This document shows, piece after piece, positions 11,130 to 24,386 of a DNA stretch of 64,000 nt (position 1 is the first letter of the stretch; every line of letters begins with the position of its first letter). The stretch lies in the NCBI RefSeq assembly GCF_009914755.1, contig NC_060933.1, one strand, 5' to 3'. This stretch comes from the human T2T-CHM13v2.0 reference genome, Homo sapiens. A program made the translations under genes and the position numbers. The notes beneath the pieces were generated by a model. That model saw only the letters and a list, made by a program, of their open reading frames with translations, searched no databases and was not told the DNA's origin.

Positions 11130-14100
11130 CCTCATGCCTGGAGTCCTCTGTAAGTCTTTCCCCTATAGAGGATAGGGCCAAAAATGATGAGTTCAAAAGA
11201 CTCTAAAATATTTTATTTGAAAAGCTCTGCCCATAGGACTCAAAGATTTGATCCGTATCATTCTTTAAAACAAAACAAAATAAACCCTCCAATGCTCTAA
11301 AAAGGAAAGAGGTTCCCTCTCTTATCATATTTGCTTTCTACCGCATATATTGATTTCCCCGGAGTTCTATCAATTTGGGTGGCAAAGTAAAGATTAAATG
11401 GTTCAGATGTCTGCCCGCAACAGCAGATTTTGCTCTATGTGAGTTCATCTTGTGTTCATTCATATACCGGACGCAGCTTTTGCCTTTGCTTTCAGGTAAA
11501 AACTGGAGAAACAGCACGTAGAAGGGAAGCTCATTGTCTACTTAGGAATTTCAGAACTGCAGAGAAGGTTGAGGGAAGTCTTCCCAGGAGAGTGCTAGTC
11601 TTTGTGTTGTAGAAAAGCAAAGAGTGAATGTAATTTCTGAAAACTACAATGTGATATGAGTTTTCCTTCATTTCCTTGTATGTTCCTAACAATCTGCCCC
11701 AAACATTGAGTCAAGGTTTTTAATGAGCATTGTTCCCCCAAATTAGTGTCTGATGATGGAAATGACTAAAATAATGTAGTAAGAATTGTGATAGGACATC
11801 TTTGGAATACTGGAGGGGATGTGATTTTTATCCTGTATTTTCTTAATTCTGATTCATCACATATGGGTTTCTTTCTTTATTCATATTTTATGAAGTGAAA
11901 CAAAATCTTTCAGGAGGTAACCTACTGACAGCTCAGATCATTACTGTTTTCTACATACCTTAGCAAAAAAAAAAAAAAAAGATGATTGCTGGAAAAATAA
12001 TGAGGGATGCATCTCTTTGCTAAGATTTAAAAAACCAAGCCTGCTTGTGGTGCTATTCTGGAAGAAGCTGGACAAGGTTTCAAAATCTAAAATAAGGTTA
12101 GAGTTATTTAATTCCATCAAACATCATGAGATGGTTGGATCATCTCTCCATGACTCGTGACACTCTTTTCTCATTTCAGTTTGGAATGAGCAAGAGTCAT
12201 TTTAACAGGACTTATTTATTTACTCTCTGCATTGATCCATTTGGTGCGTGGTGTAAGTACTCGGTAGGGAAGCAGCTTTCTTAATTTTCTTACCATTTTC
12301 TTTGTGCAAGGTCTGCTGGATTTCCTTTCTCTGCCCTTGGATGACTTACTGTGGCTTTCCAGTTACTTTCAGGTATTAATAAACACCTTCATTTTCAAGG
12401 ATTAGATGCAGTCAAGTCACAACTGCAATGTCTCATCTAGTTCAGATCTTCCCAGAGACTGGGCCACACAACAGCAGTAGAGAGAAAGGTTTGTGCTTTG
12501 TCTCTTCATACTTCACCTTTTTCTTCCCTACTTCTCCCTCTTACTGTACTGCTTCTGGCTGCTTCAGAGTTGGGAGGCAATGGGCAGGGTGGGGATGGAA
12601 CAGAAAGGCAAAGGCTAGGGACAAAAGGTTTCACTTGCCTCTTGCTATTTAATCTAGAGTTGATGACCTTCATACAGCACATGGCCAAATTCTGGCATTC
12701 CTGTCATGGCCAATGGGGGATCCCACTTTAGTGTTGACAGACAGGGATGAGCAACTCTCTGGCTGACCATCTGTGAATCCTGCTTAGCTCATATAAGTCA
12801 CGGTATGCCCTACCAGCTCCCTTCTAATGGAATTACCGCACTGGTAGGCAGTTCTCTTGAGAAGAGTCCTTTTAAGGTACTGTAGCCCAGCTGCCTTCTA
12901 AATTGCCCCCTCAAACTCTGGAAGTGCATTTCACTGGCAACAAACTCCTTTTTCTCTACTCTTCCCCTACGGGTCCCTATAGTCAGTTTTTTGCCTTTAG
13001 ATGTATGCACCAGTGCCAGGCTCCATCTCTGCATCACACACACACACTCCAGTATCACTGATCAACCTTTTTCAAGAACTCTGATTACTTTCATCTCAAG
13101 GTCCAGAGCAACTGCAGAGCTCAGAAATTTCTGCTCAAAAGGGAGGGGATGAGGTTACATGGCAGTTTCCTTCCTCTACCTCTTCCATGAGTGGTTCGCT
13201 TAAGCCCCCTCCTTTAGATCAAGGTAAGAAAAGGGAAGCAATCCCCTTGCCTTCCCTGGAGAGGTCAAAAGGAAACACATAGCAGGGCAGCTCTAACCCA
13301 ACTCTTTATAGAAACCCCATCTCCAATCTCTCTGATTCATCTCGAGCCTTCTCATATGCACAGGCTACAAGGGAGAGATGGGCTAACACTTGTAGAGCTG
13401 GGGTAGGTGCCAGGGGCTGCCACTTAACATATTGACAGTCTAGCACCACTCTTTAGAAAATAGAGGTTGTTGTCACTTATTGTTTGGGGCTTTGAGGTCT
13501 TAGCACAGATAGGAGAAGTCTCACGTAATATTCATTCATGCTTACGTCATCCTTGAAAGCTGTATAAAAAGACTAGAGTCTGACTTTATCATAGTAAGGG
13601 CCACCAAAACCCTTACAACTAAAGGCTTGTGAAGATAACTGTCAGACTCATAGGGTGGAAAAACATGCATCATAACTCATTATCTTTGGGTGCCGTCTGC
13701 TCACCATGGCAGCAGACCAGTGGGTATTTCCCTCTGGCATACATCTCTTCAGACCAGGTTGTCTGCCCTACTGGGGAGACAGCTTGTCCAGACAACCAGC
13801 AACACTGGAGCAGACAACACAACTGGAGTGCAAATGTGGCCAGCAGGGCGCATCACAGCTGAGTCAGAGGATGCCTCTGGCACCGCGGCCAAGCCAAGGG
13901 CAGTCTTAGGGGAATGCTGGTGAGGCAGACTGCTTGAAAATAAACATTCAGGAACCGCCTTTAAAGTTCTTTCCCTAATGCAAGGGGAAATGGCTGACTA
14001 CCAGGGGCCACTGGTTCCACATGAAAAGTTCAGCTAATACAGAGGGCTGCTGCAAGAAAGGAACAGACAGCCTCTTCAGGAGCAAGTGTGCATACACCAG

Positions 14101-16237
14101 CACTGCAGGCTCCATCCCAGAAGGGGCCTGAGCACTGGCAGCATGACTGAGAACTGTGATCTTTCTTTCAACTGAATTTGAATTTTTTTTTTGCCTAGAA
14201 ACCTCAGGCTCTTTGTGTATAATCCAGAATTAGGTAATAATAGATTGATTTTCACTCTGTGTATGGCAAAGCAGAACAGATTGTAGAGGAATGGCAATAA
14301 GCTTCTCAATTCTTAATCTTATGGGGGAACCCATTTCCCCCATATAACCTCTTTCGTTTTCAGTTCAAGTTGTAATACTTTAGAATCTCTGTGGCCTGCA
14401 GGGTATCCAGTGATTTGGCAGATTAAAGGATTCTGTCTACTTAAAGTCCATCTATACCTAGTTTCATCCTACTTGAATCTTAACGATCTGACAAAGGAAA
14501 AAAAAAAAAAGCCTTTTCCAGAGGTTCTGGAAGCTCTAGAGCCCTATGCCAGATAGGAGTGTTGGGTTCATTGAACTAGGCAGGAAGATTCTCCTAATAT
14601 CAGACACTGGACAAAATTTTCCAAGAACTCCAGGCTACCATCATTGTTTTTAGAAAGGAGAATACAATGGCACCTGCAGCCACCTACCCATTGACTCCTC
14701 TTCCTCAGAACAGATTGTATCTGATGACACACTCAGCCTGGTTTGGCTGTCATTCCTCCAGCCTCTTCTCCTGGGGCAGACACCTGAATGACAATTTCTG
14801 AATCACCCCTAACAGTTCAACTGAGATAGTAAACTCATGATGAGCTACCTTTTGTTCCCCAATGAGAAGCTTAATGTTGCTCAAATTGTCAGTAAATAGA
14901 ACCCAGCTTTGGCAACAAATGAATGATGGAAAGAAAAAGGGTACAAGAGCATGTGGTCTAGTCTGGTGGTTCTGTATGAGACTTAGTGTCAGCAGTCTTG
15001 GTCTTATTCCCAGCAGCCTCTCTGACTCACTTTGGGCAGATCATGTTGTGTTTTCTGGATGCTTTTTGGATCAGAAATGTGACTGTGGTTCACTTGGCCT
15101 AGCATCCTGAGCACAAGTTGCTAGTGAGGCACTTTGGCTGCAAATGCACAAAATATTGTCCACACAGCAGGTGAGTTACTACCCTTTAAAGACAACTCTC
15201 AGATGTCCGTCATCTGCAAGGAAGATGAATTTACAACAAGGCTGGCTGTGGAAGCTGACACTAAGCTGGGACTAGGTGGGAAAGAGATTTCCTGGGAGAG
15301 ATGGCTATGAAGGCTCTGAGGAGAAAGGAGCCAGAGTAGCTGGGGACAGGCCCAGTGTCCTTATGGGGCACAGCAGCCATAGTGCCTAGGAGCCATGGCA
15401 TTTTTAGGGGTCCATGACAATATTTTAATTTTATTTATTTGAACATTGGAAGGGTAAAATGAATATAATAATTTCTAGCCTACATCATATACCTCTTTAT
15501 GCCAATGTAGTAATAAACTAAAATGTTAAGATTATTTTATTTATTTTTATTTTTTTTATGGAGGAATGAGCCCACAAAAGTCATAAAGATGCCCTGGGTA
15601 GGGAAAACTTTCAGCTCAGGACGCAAACCTGACCCCTGAGGAAGAGGAGAACCTGGGCCGATGGGAGCTGCTGAAGGGCCCCATGGCAGACAGAATGGCC
15701 TGCCCCTCTGCTATGCTTGGTCACTGCCTGGGAGCAGCCCAGAGTGGTGTGGTCTTGGTACAAACTCTCCTGCAGGTCCAAAGGTGAGGTGGCTGGAGAC
15801 CCAGTCAATGATGGTTCCTTCAGCAAGTTCTCTTAAAGGGGATCTCTGTGGCCCCTGCAATTAGGTATCCAGGAAACAAAGTATTACACATACATTATAA
15901 TACAAAGAATTGTAGCTCTCCTCCACTCAGTTCTCCCTGCTCATATCTCACAAAAAGATTCTGTTTCATTGGTAAGTCATGTTACAAAGAGCAATGAAGA
16001 CTTCATCTCTGTCTTTGATATTCACATGAGTTCTTAGAGAACAGAAGCAGATTACAGAAGCTAACTGGTCATAGGCATTCTCCACTACTAGAATGTTCTC
16101 GTCAAGGCTTGCTGGCCACCAGGAGTGCTTTAGAGGGTTTCCAAGCTTGGGATATGGAGGAGTGACCTTCCCTCCATATCAGAGGTTCTTTGATTCTATC
16201 CAGTCTGTCATTCCGATTCTTCCTTTAAAATTCCTGC

Positions 16238-17166
16238 CCAGAGGTGGCAAAGTGGAGCCAACAGTGGTTTCCAGCCTGCAGATATGTTTATTTGGCGCAT
16301 ACAAAGTTTAAAAAAATATGGTGGGGAGTGTTAGGCGTTGAATTGTGCACAGTCAAAATTCAAATGTTGAAGTCCTAACCCCCAGGACTTAGAATGTGAC
16401 CTTGCTTGGACATAGATGGGTGCAGAGGTCATTAGCTAAGATGAGGTCATGCTGGAGTAGGGTGGGCCTCCAATCCAATATGACCGCAGTCCTTATTAAA
16501 AGGGGAACTTTGGGCACAGAGAGAAATGTACACAGGGAGAATGCCATGTAAAGATAAAGGCAGAGGCCTTCAAGCCAAGGAATGCCAAAGATTGCCAGCA
16601 CACCACCAGAAGCCGGGAGAGAGGCCCAGAACAAATCCTTCCCTCACGGCCCTGAGAAGGAACAATCCCTGCTGACACCTTGATCCTTGACTTCTGGACT
16701 CCAGAACTGTGAGGCAATACATGTGTGTTGCTGAAGCCTCCCACTTTGCAGTATTTTGTGACAGCAGCCCTAGCAAACCACACAGGAAGCATCCCTTAAA
16801 AATGGATAGATTTGCCGTGAAAACCTGAATTCCAGGCTAGGATGGGGAAAGCCTGCAGCATGGGGCTGGGTGCCGGGCATCCGCTGCAGTAGACCCTGCT
16901 CTCTCAGGGAGGCTGGAGAACATGGGGGTGAGGGGCCAGGCTTCTCACCCCAAGCCGGTTATTGCCGCATAAGAATATGGGCCTAGGACTATCAGATGTT
17001 TTTATTTTTCCAGATAAGCTTGATTTCTGTTTCTCGATGTGGGGGAAATATGATTTCAAATACTGGCTACTAATTTACCACTCTCTATTTTCTCCCTGAC
17101 TCAATCAACTTCACTCATACACTTAATCTGGCTGCCTCCTCTGAGAATTTGAGTTTGTAATCTCTG
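16238..17166 (+). mobile_element. MER102-like hAT relic interrupted by an LTR
   Basis: Start cagaggtggcaaa; end aatttgagtttgtaatctctg; sequence resumes after the LTR at 16790. Confidence 0.55.
16329..16784 (+). mobile_element. MaLR solo LTR (MLT1C-like)
   Basis: TG...CA ends, 456 bp, caagccaaggaatgccaaagattgccagca motif, TSD gggag/ggaag. Confidence 0.88.
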
Positions 17167-17481
17167 TTTATTCACTGTTGTGTGGTTTGGCAAAACGATA
17201 AGGTAAACTATATTCAAAGAAGATTATTCAGGGGATTCAGGATGTTGAACAACTTGCCACCAGGAGAAAGTGAGCTTTGACCTGTCCATTTTTCCCTTCT
17301 GCCATGTTGAGATGAGGACCTTTCTGAGACCATGTCTGTATATTAAATAACCATGTGTTGAGAGCCCACCACATACCGGGCTATGTACTAGATACACAGT
17401 AAATGTCCAGTGTATAAATGCATATGCTCCTCCTAATATTTGTTTCTGCTCTGCTCTTCATAATGGAGAAAAGGTATTCTT

Positions 17482-17789
17482 TATTTCCTTATTTTATTTT
17501 TTGGAGACAGGGTCTTGCTTATCACCCAGGCTGGAGTACAGTGGTGTGATCATAGCTTACTGCAACCTTGAACTCATAGGCTCAAGTGATTCTCCTGCCT
17601 CAGCCTCCCTAATAGCTAAGACCAGAGGTGCATGCTACCATGCCCAGCTAATTTTAAGAAAGCTTTTCTGTAGAGACAGGGGTCTCACTATGTTGCCCAG
17701 GCTGGTCTCAAGTTCCTGGCCTCAAGCAATGCTCCCGCCTCAGCCTCCCAAAGTGTTGGGATTACAGGCATGAGTCACTGCACCTGGCC
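17482..17789 (-). mobile_element. Alu (AluJ-like)
   Basis: Full two-arm Alu; flanks aggtattctt and aggaattctt look like a TSD. Confidence 0.95.
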
Positions 17790-18029
17790 AGGAATTCTTA
17801 TTAACCAGAAATTATGTCATGGAAATGAAGATATTAAGCTGTAATTATTCTGAGCTTGTAAACAGAAAGGGCATTCTGTTGAAGCTGCATTGAATAGCAC
17901 TTCTTTGTCATCACTCAAATGAATTCAGAAAAAATTGCTAACAATGATAGCTTACCCTTTATACAAAACAGGCTATAGGGCAAGCATGGTTCTAGAATTG
18001 TGAATGGCGTTGTAATTGTTAGACAGCTA

Positions 18030-18210
18030 CAATGTACCAGGCACACGCTAAGCACTTTACATACATGACTCCATGTAATATTCATTGCCTCTATGAGGAA
18101 AGTATTTGATTGTCATTCTAGAGATCAGGAAATTGAGACCCAGACATACTCAGAAACTTGTTCAAGGTCACAGGGCTAGTAAGAAGTGGAGCAGGATTCA
18201 ACCTCATTTC
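18030..18210 (-). mobile_element. MIR SINE
   Basis: aatgtaccaggcac...aggaaattgagacccaga...caaggtcacagggctagtaag. Confidence 0.75.
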
Positions 18211-18937
18211 TCTTCAATGCTAAGTCAAGGCTGTCTCCATTCTGCCACATGGTTTCTGTGTTTCACCAAGATGCCCCTAATGGAGGCCAGCCTCTGGGTC
18301 CAGAGCCCACAAAGACCTGCCAAGAGTGGTACCACACATTCACTCCTCCAAATTTCAGTGTCGATTGACTTGCATGCTATTAACAACACACAAATTGCCA
18401 TATAGTTGGAATTCAAAATCTTAGTTTCACTCAAAAAACACATGGTGACATCTTCCATTAATTGTAAACATGTGCAGGAGGGTCTCTCCATGCCCTTTTA
18501 AGAATAGATGGTAAGCTTTGTCTTTGTGTGCTCTTCAGAGTCTTATGACTCAAATAAGGATTGGGAGGGAGTGGCTTCTCAGGTAATGTTCTATTTCTCT
18601 CCATGGGTGTGTTCAGCTTGTGAAAACTTAAGCACTTGACAGATGACACATCTACCTTTCTCTGTGTATATTTTACTTGAATCAAAAGTAAGGAAAGTAA
18701 AAGGAATGGTCTCATCCTGTATTTAGCAGAGTGCAATGAACCCCATGGACCCATCTCTCAGCTGCAACATTTCTCCATCCACTCATGGCCAAACCTCTGT
18801 CAGCTGTAACTCATCCACTTCCTCCTCACCATTCCCGCTGGATTATTTAGAATGCAGAATCACACCATTTCGCCTGAACCTCTTCCCCTCCCCCACCCCC
18901 AACTCTTAACACTGTGCTCTGTCTGTGTGATTTTCAG

Positions 18938-19194
18938 GCCACTACATGTACGTGGACTCAGTTTATGTGAAGCACTTCCAGGAGGTGGCACAGCTCATCT
19001 CCCCGTTGACCACGGCCCCCATGGCTGGCTGCCTGTCATTTTATTACCAGATCCAGCAGGGGAATGACAATGTCTTTTCCCTTTACACTCGGGATGTGGC
19101 TGGCCTTTACGAGGAAATCTGGAAAGCAGACAGGCCAGGGAATGCTGCCTGGAACCTTGCGGAGGTCGAGTTCAATGCTCCTTACCCCATGGAG
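18938..19194 (+). CDS. MAMDC2: MAMDC2 exon 6 (257 nt, phase 1 to 0), MAM2 core GHYMYVDS...EFNAPYPME
   Basis: Acceptor ttttcAG at 18936-18937; donor GAG|gtaggt at 19195; CLSFYY motif. Confidence 0.96.
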
Positions 19195-21400
19195 GTAGGT
19201 GTACTGGTGCGCACCAGCTGTTCACTGGCACTCTTTAGACATGCCACCCACACACAGGGCTGGAGATGGAGAGGCTGTGCAGCCTCACACTCAGTCTGTC
19301 TTTTCTGCTGTGCCTCAACTGTATTCTTTCTCATCCTCAGCCCCTCTCCTGCTCTCCCTTCCTCTGTGTCCCCTTTGCCTGCCTCCTTTATCACCTTCAT
19401 TTCCTAGCAAGAGTCATTTTTATGAGAACAAATATGGCTAAAGCCAGTTAACCAACTAGACTTCTTGGCGACCCTCTCCTTCTGAACCTTGCACTGTGGT
19501 CACAGAGGGTTCAAAAGAGGAGATCAGAACCCTCCAAGTAAAACTCAGTCTTGAGCTACCCTTCCTGAGAGCAGTTTTGAAGGTTTTCCTTACTTGAGTG
19601 AACTGTTTTTTTTTTTTTTTTAGAAAAAGTGACTCATTTCTTTTTTTGCAGCATAAATAATGTCGTAAAATCAGAAACAAACTTGCTATTATGGCCCTAG
19701 TTTGAAACAAGGCTTGATGCCTTCATTTTAAAACTTTTTCCAGTTATATAAGTGACGTGTTCAATGCAGAAGAATTAGAAAATTCAGAGAAATGAAATGA
19801 ATTAAAATGCCCTCAGCCAACTTCACAAAGGGGAGGACTACTAACATTAAAGTTCTACTATCTTTTCGACCTTTTTCTAAGCCCGTACATGAATACATGT
19901 CTGTATCTATGTATGTATTTCAGAAGCTACAAGTACTTTCAGTACTGACTATCCAGCCAAGTAGATAAAATTATCTCCGTATTTACACACAAGAAGGAAG
20001 AAAACAGAGTGTCCAAGAAATTGGACATTTTTTTCTAGGTCACACAGCTGGTGAATGCCAGAGAACTCCGTAACTAAGTTCGTGGACTAAAATCTGACCG
20101 AAAGCTGAGGAAGGAGGCCCAGCTCTGTCTGAGGACCCCTTAGGACCTCTAGAATCAGTGGGTGCAGCAATATGGTTGCTATAAGATTGCTATAAAGATT
20201 TGGAGCTATAAGTAGAGTCTTGGTTACCCCAAGTTAATATCCTCCACTTTTCACTTTGTGCTTTTTGCAATATCTTCTCCAGTTCCCTTTAAAGTGCCAG
20301 AGAAACAGATTATTCCTCTGGATGGGTTTCGGTGGTGCCATCTGCTAGCCTGATGTAGAGCTGCAGAGAACAGGGTTAGGTCTTAGTTTCTGATGTGTTT
20401 CATCTACTGATGGCGTGCCTGCCTCTCCCCACACCCCCTTCCTATTTACCTCCCTACCTCCCCCCACAAAAAAAAAACACTCTAGAGAGAGCACAGTGTC
20501 TCTTGCAGAATGTGTGCTATTTCCTATCCCAAAGTCCAACCAGGTCTCGATTTGTTCTTGCAGCCCAGTGGAAAATTTTCTGTGAGTTTGGGTTACGAGG
20601 AGGAAAAGAAATGCATGTACTGCTTCAAAAGTTTCCCGTCAAAGTCAGATGAGTCCCACACACACACTGACAGCGTTCTCTTTACCAACTCCTTCCATCC
20701 AACCATAAACTCCTTGGGCAACATTTGTCTGAATCAAATGTTGCTGAATTTTTAAAAATCAATACTTGAAAAGTTACAACTCTGGACACTACTAAACCTC
20801 AATACACATCCTTTGGGTCAACACATGTGATTTTGCTCTACTAGTCTGAACTATTCACTGGTGTTATTTGCTCTCACTCATCAGGAAAAGAAAGTTGTCC
20901 TGAAGAAATCAGTGAGTTTAATGTCATCACATTCTCAAGTGAATTTTGAGAAGGAAAACAAACATTGGAGACTGTCTGAACAAGAGAACACATTGGCACA
21001 GAGGCTGTGATTAGCACATGCTGATCAGGAATAGCATTCTTTCCCCACCGGCTCAGTGTAAATTTTGCCATTCACTTTCTTTACCAGCTAGTGCCTTGAG
21101 AGCTAAATGTCATGGACCTGTGTTAAGTTTGTAATGTTAATTTGCCCCCTTCTCATAAGTCCACATCTTTTCCTTCATTCATAGCCCTTCCCCCTTGGCA
21201 AAGACAAACTTCTAGGCTTCCCCGTGGATTTTGGAGAGTTTAGGTACCAGGTCCTTATGGGACCATTACTGTTAAGGTGAAAGGTACTTTAAGAACTATT
21301 TTGTCCAAACTCTTTTTCTTTTCAAAAAATGAAGAAACCGAGGGCTGGAGAAGAATGGGCCTGCTCAAGCTAATTAGTGGCTAGCTAGGCTGGAACCTGA

Positions 21401-21748
<348 letters not shown>

Positions 21749-21890
21749 TAGAAAATTAGTTCAGAGCTTGTTATGTGCCTGACTCTGTGCTCGGATATTT
21801 GTATACATTATCTCATTTAATCTCCTCAACAGTCCTACAAGACAGGTGTTTTATAGATAAGAAAACTGAGACCCTGGGAGGTTAACTGAT

Positions 21891-22252
21891 TGATATGGTT
21901 TGGCTGTGTCCCCACCAAAATCTCATCTTGAATTCCCACGTGTTGTAGGAGGGACCCAGTGGGAGGTAATTAAATTATGGGGGCAGTTCTTTCTCATGCC
22001 TTTCTCGTGATAGTGAATAAGTCTCATAAGATCTGACAGTTTTATAAGGATGAGTTTCCCTGCACAAGCTCTCTTCTCTTCTCTTTGCCTGCTTCCATCC
22101 ACATAAGATGTGACTTGCTCCTCTTTGCCTTCTGCCATGATTGTGAGGCCTCCCCAGCCACATGGAACTGTAAGTCCATTAAACTCTTTTTCCAGTATAA
22201 ATTACCCAGTCTCGGTATGTCTTTATCAGCAGCATTGAAACAGACTAATACA
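21891..22252 (+). mobile_element. THE1 solo LTR (THE1B-like) inserted into a MIR
   Basis: tgatatggtttggctgtgtcccc...cagactaataca, 362 bp, TSD ctgat/gtgat; MIR continues on both sides. Confidence 0.92.
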
Positions 22253-22340
22253 GTGATATATCCAGGCCCACCTAGCTAATAAGTGATGAAAATGGGATTT
22301 GAACTCTGGTCTGTCTGCTTCCAAGAAACTATTCTATTCA

Positions 22341-22781
22341 GAAGAAGCTGCAAACTAGAAGCCTAGAGGTCAAATCTAGTCCACAGTGGTGATCTGTCTG
22401 GCTGTGGAGTGGGGTTTTTCATTTTATTTTTGTTTTAATTTTTTAATTAATTGCCAGCATTGACAAACTCAAAGATTTCAGATAAAATCTAGAGTCAGAT
22501 CCTCTTGATAATTTGCTAGATACAGAGACATTAGGCCTCGTATTTGTTTGCTAGGACTGCCCATAACAAAGTAGCACAAAACAGGTCGCTTAAGAAACAG
22601 AAATTTTGTATGTCATTGTTCTGGAGGCCAGAAGTTCATGATCAAGGTGCTGGCAGGGCTTGTTCCTTCTGAGGGCCATGAGAGAAAATCTGCCCTATGC
22701 CTCTCTCCCATTTCTGGTGGTGTGCTGGCAATCTTTGGCATTCCTTGGCTTGTAGCTCTCTGCCTTCATTTTCACATGGCA

Positions 22782-22822
<41 letters not shown>

Positions 22823-23193
22823 AGTGTCTGCATCCAAATTTCTCCTTTTTATAAGGACACCAGTCGTTTAAATTAGAGGCTCACTCTACTTCAGCATGAC
22901 CTTATCTTAACTAATTACATTTGCGGTGACCCTATTCCCAAATAAGGTCACATACTGAGATACTAGAGGTTGGCACTTCAACACAGGAATTGTGTGTGAG
23001 GGATGCAGGGGGACGCAGGTCAACCCATAACAGGCCTGACTTCCCACATATCAGCAATTGATGAGGCTGAGTGACAGCTGCCCTTTTAGACAGGGTTTCT
23101 GTCTCTATTTCACAAGAGGCTGCACCATACCAAGCCCACTTCTGCATTTCTACTACTTGCCTGGACTTTGTAGGCACTGAAGTTTCAAGCCCT
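22341..23193 (+). mobile_element. MER102-like hAT relic interrupted by an LTR
   Basis: gctgcaaactag...ttgccagcattgacaaactcaaagatttca, then the LTR, then ...gtaggcactgaagtttcaagccctg. Confidence 0.6.
22539..23032 (-). mobile_element. MaLR solo LTR (MLT1C-like) with an internal (TG)n at about 22785-22820
   Basis: Perfect 5-bp TSD ggcct at 22534-22538 and 23033-23037; reverse-complement homology to 16329-16784. Confidence 0.9.
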
Positions 23194-23545
23194 GTTCCAT
23201 GCTGCGTCTTCTCAGGTTATTAACTCACACAAGAGGAATGCATACCTGGGTGGTTTTTCCAGCACAGGTGAAGGCTGTGCTGACATCTGATTCCCCCATG
23301 GTCACAGGCAGAAGGTGGTTGACTGAGCTCACAGTTAAAGTTGCTGGTAGAGAAGAAAGCAAAACTAAAGGGGTTGAAGTCATTGGCCCATGTTCTTTCT
23401 AACCATTGGAACATACCTGGACATGCTGAGATCGGGGTTCTCACCTCTGACTGCTGCATCTTTGTCCAGGCCTTGATGTAGAGTTCATATAGGAAGAAGT
23501 AAAGGAACTTAGAGGGTGTTTGCTCCTGAGGGATGGCAGGGAGGT

Positions 23546-23546
23546 A

Positions 23547-23578
<32 letters not shown>

Positions 23579-23590
23579 AACAAAAAAAAA
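23546..23590. repeat. (CAAAA)n simple repeat
   Basis: Direct read. Confidence 0.9.
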
Positions 23591-23739
23591 CCTGGCCTAC
23601 TTTCTTAGCTGATTTTTCCTTTAATTGAAGTTCATAATGCTAATTAGTTCTGTAGTTCTAGCAGAAATGACATAGGCACTTCAGCTGACATTCAAGGAAG
23701 AGGGGCATATCCATCAATAAAAGGCAACTTTAGAGACTC

Positions 23740-24099
23740 TGTCTTGGTTCATTCAGGCTGCTATAACAAAATACCATAAACTAGGTAATTTATAAACAAC
23801 AGAAATGTATTTCTTACAGTCCTGAAGTCTGGGAAGTCCTAGATCAAAGTATTGGCAGATCTGGCGTCTGCTGAGGGCCTGTTTCCTGGTCCATATGGCA
23901 CCTACTCATTGTGTCCGCAAATTCCAGAAGGGGCAAATGAGCTCCCTTGGACCTCACTTATAAGGGTACCAATCCCATTCCAAAACCTAATCACCTCCCA
24001 AAAAGCCCCACCTTCTATTACCATTCCCTTAGGGGTTCATATGTCAACGTATGACTTTTGAGAATTTGTGAGTGTCCCACAGACACTCAGATCATAGCA
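23740..24099 (-). mobile_element. MaLR solo LTR (MST/MLT1A-like)
   Basis: tgtcttggttcattcaggctgctataacaaaatacc...cagatcatagca with TG..CA ends. Confidence 0.85.
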
Positions 24100-24292
24100 G
24101 TTTCATTCTCCCAAAAAGAGACTGTAGGTTGAGGAGGGTGCTGCCCAAACTCATATTTGGAAATCTGATTCCATGAGTCCTTGTAACTTGGCTTCATCTG
24201 GTTTGATTGACATGTCATTTTAAATCATTAAGAGCACTTAAGCCAAACCGAAAATATGTGAACATGTGACAGCATGCCATTTTCCTCTGCAG

Positions 24293-24386
24293 GTTATTTT
24301 TGAAGTTGCTTTCAATGGTCCCAAGGGAGGTTATGTTGCCCTGGATGATATTTCATTCTCTCCTGTTCACTGCCAGAATCAGACAG
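24293..24386 (+). CDS. MAMDC2: MAMDC2 exon 7 (94 nt, phase 0 to 1), MAM2 C-terminus VIFEVAFNGPKGGYVALDDISFSPVHCQNQT
   Basis: Acceptor tttcctctgcAG at 24291-24292; donor CAG|gtgagc at 24387; ALDDI motif. Confidence 0.96.

Noticed and set aside
13500-15100. Repeat-poor segment with TGACTCA/TGAGTCA and TTACGTCA motifs (possible enhancer)
   Set aside because: Such short motifs occur by chance many times in 64 kb and cannot be supported without chromatin data
19195-19407. Exon 6 read-through giving a 70-aa hydrophobic tail (possible membrane-anchored isoform)
   Set aside because: The donor GAG|gtaggt is good, the hydrophobicity follows from a CT-rich intron, and I saw no convincing nearby polyA signal
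22149-22161. PRDM9 hotspot 13-mer in the THE1 LTR
   Set aside because: It reads CCTCCCCAGCCAC, lacking the T at position 7 of CCNCCNTNNCCNC, so it is the non-hot form
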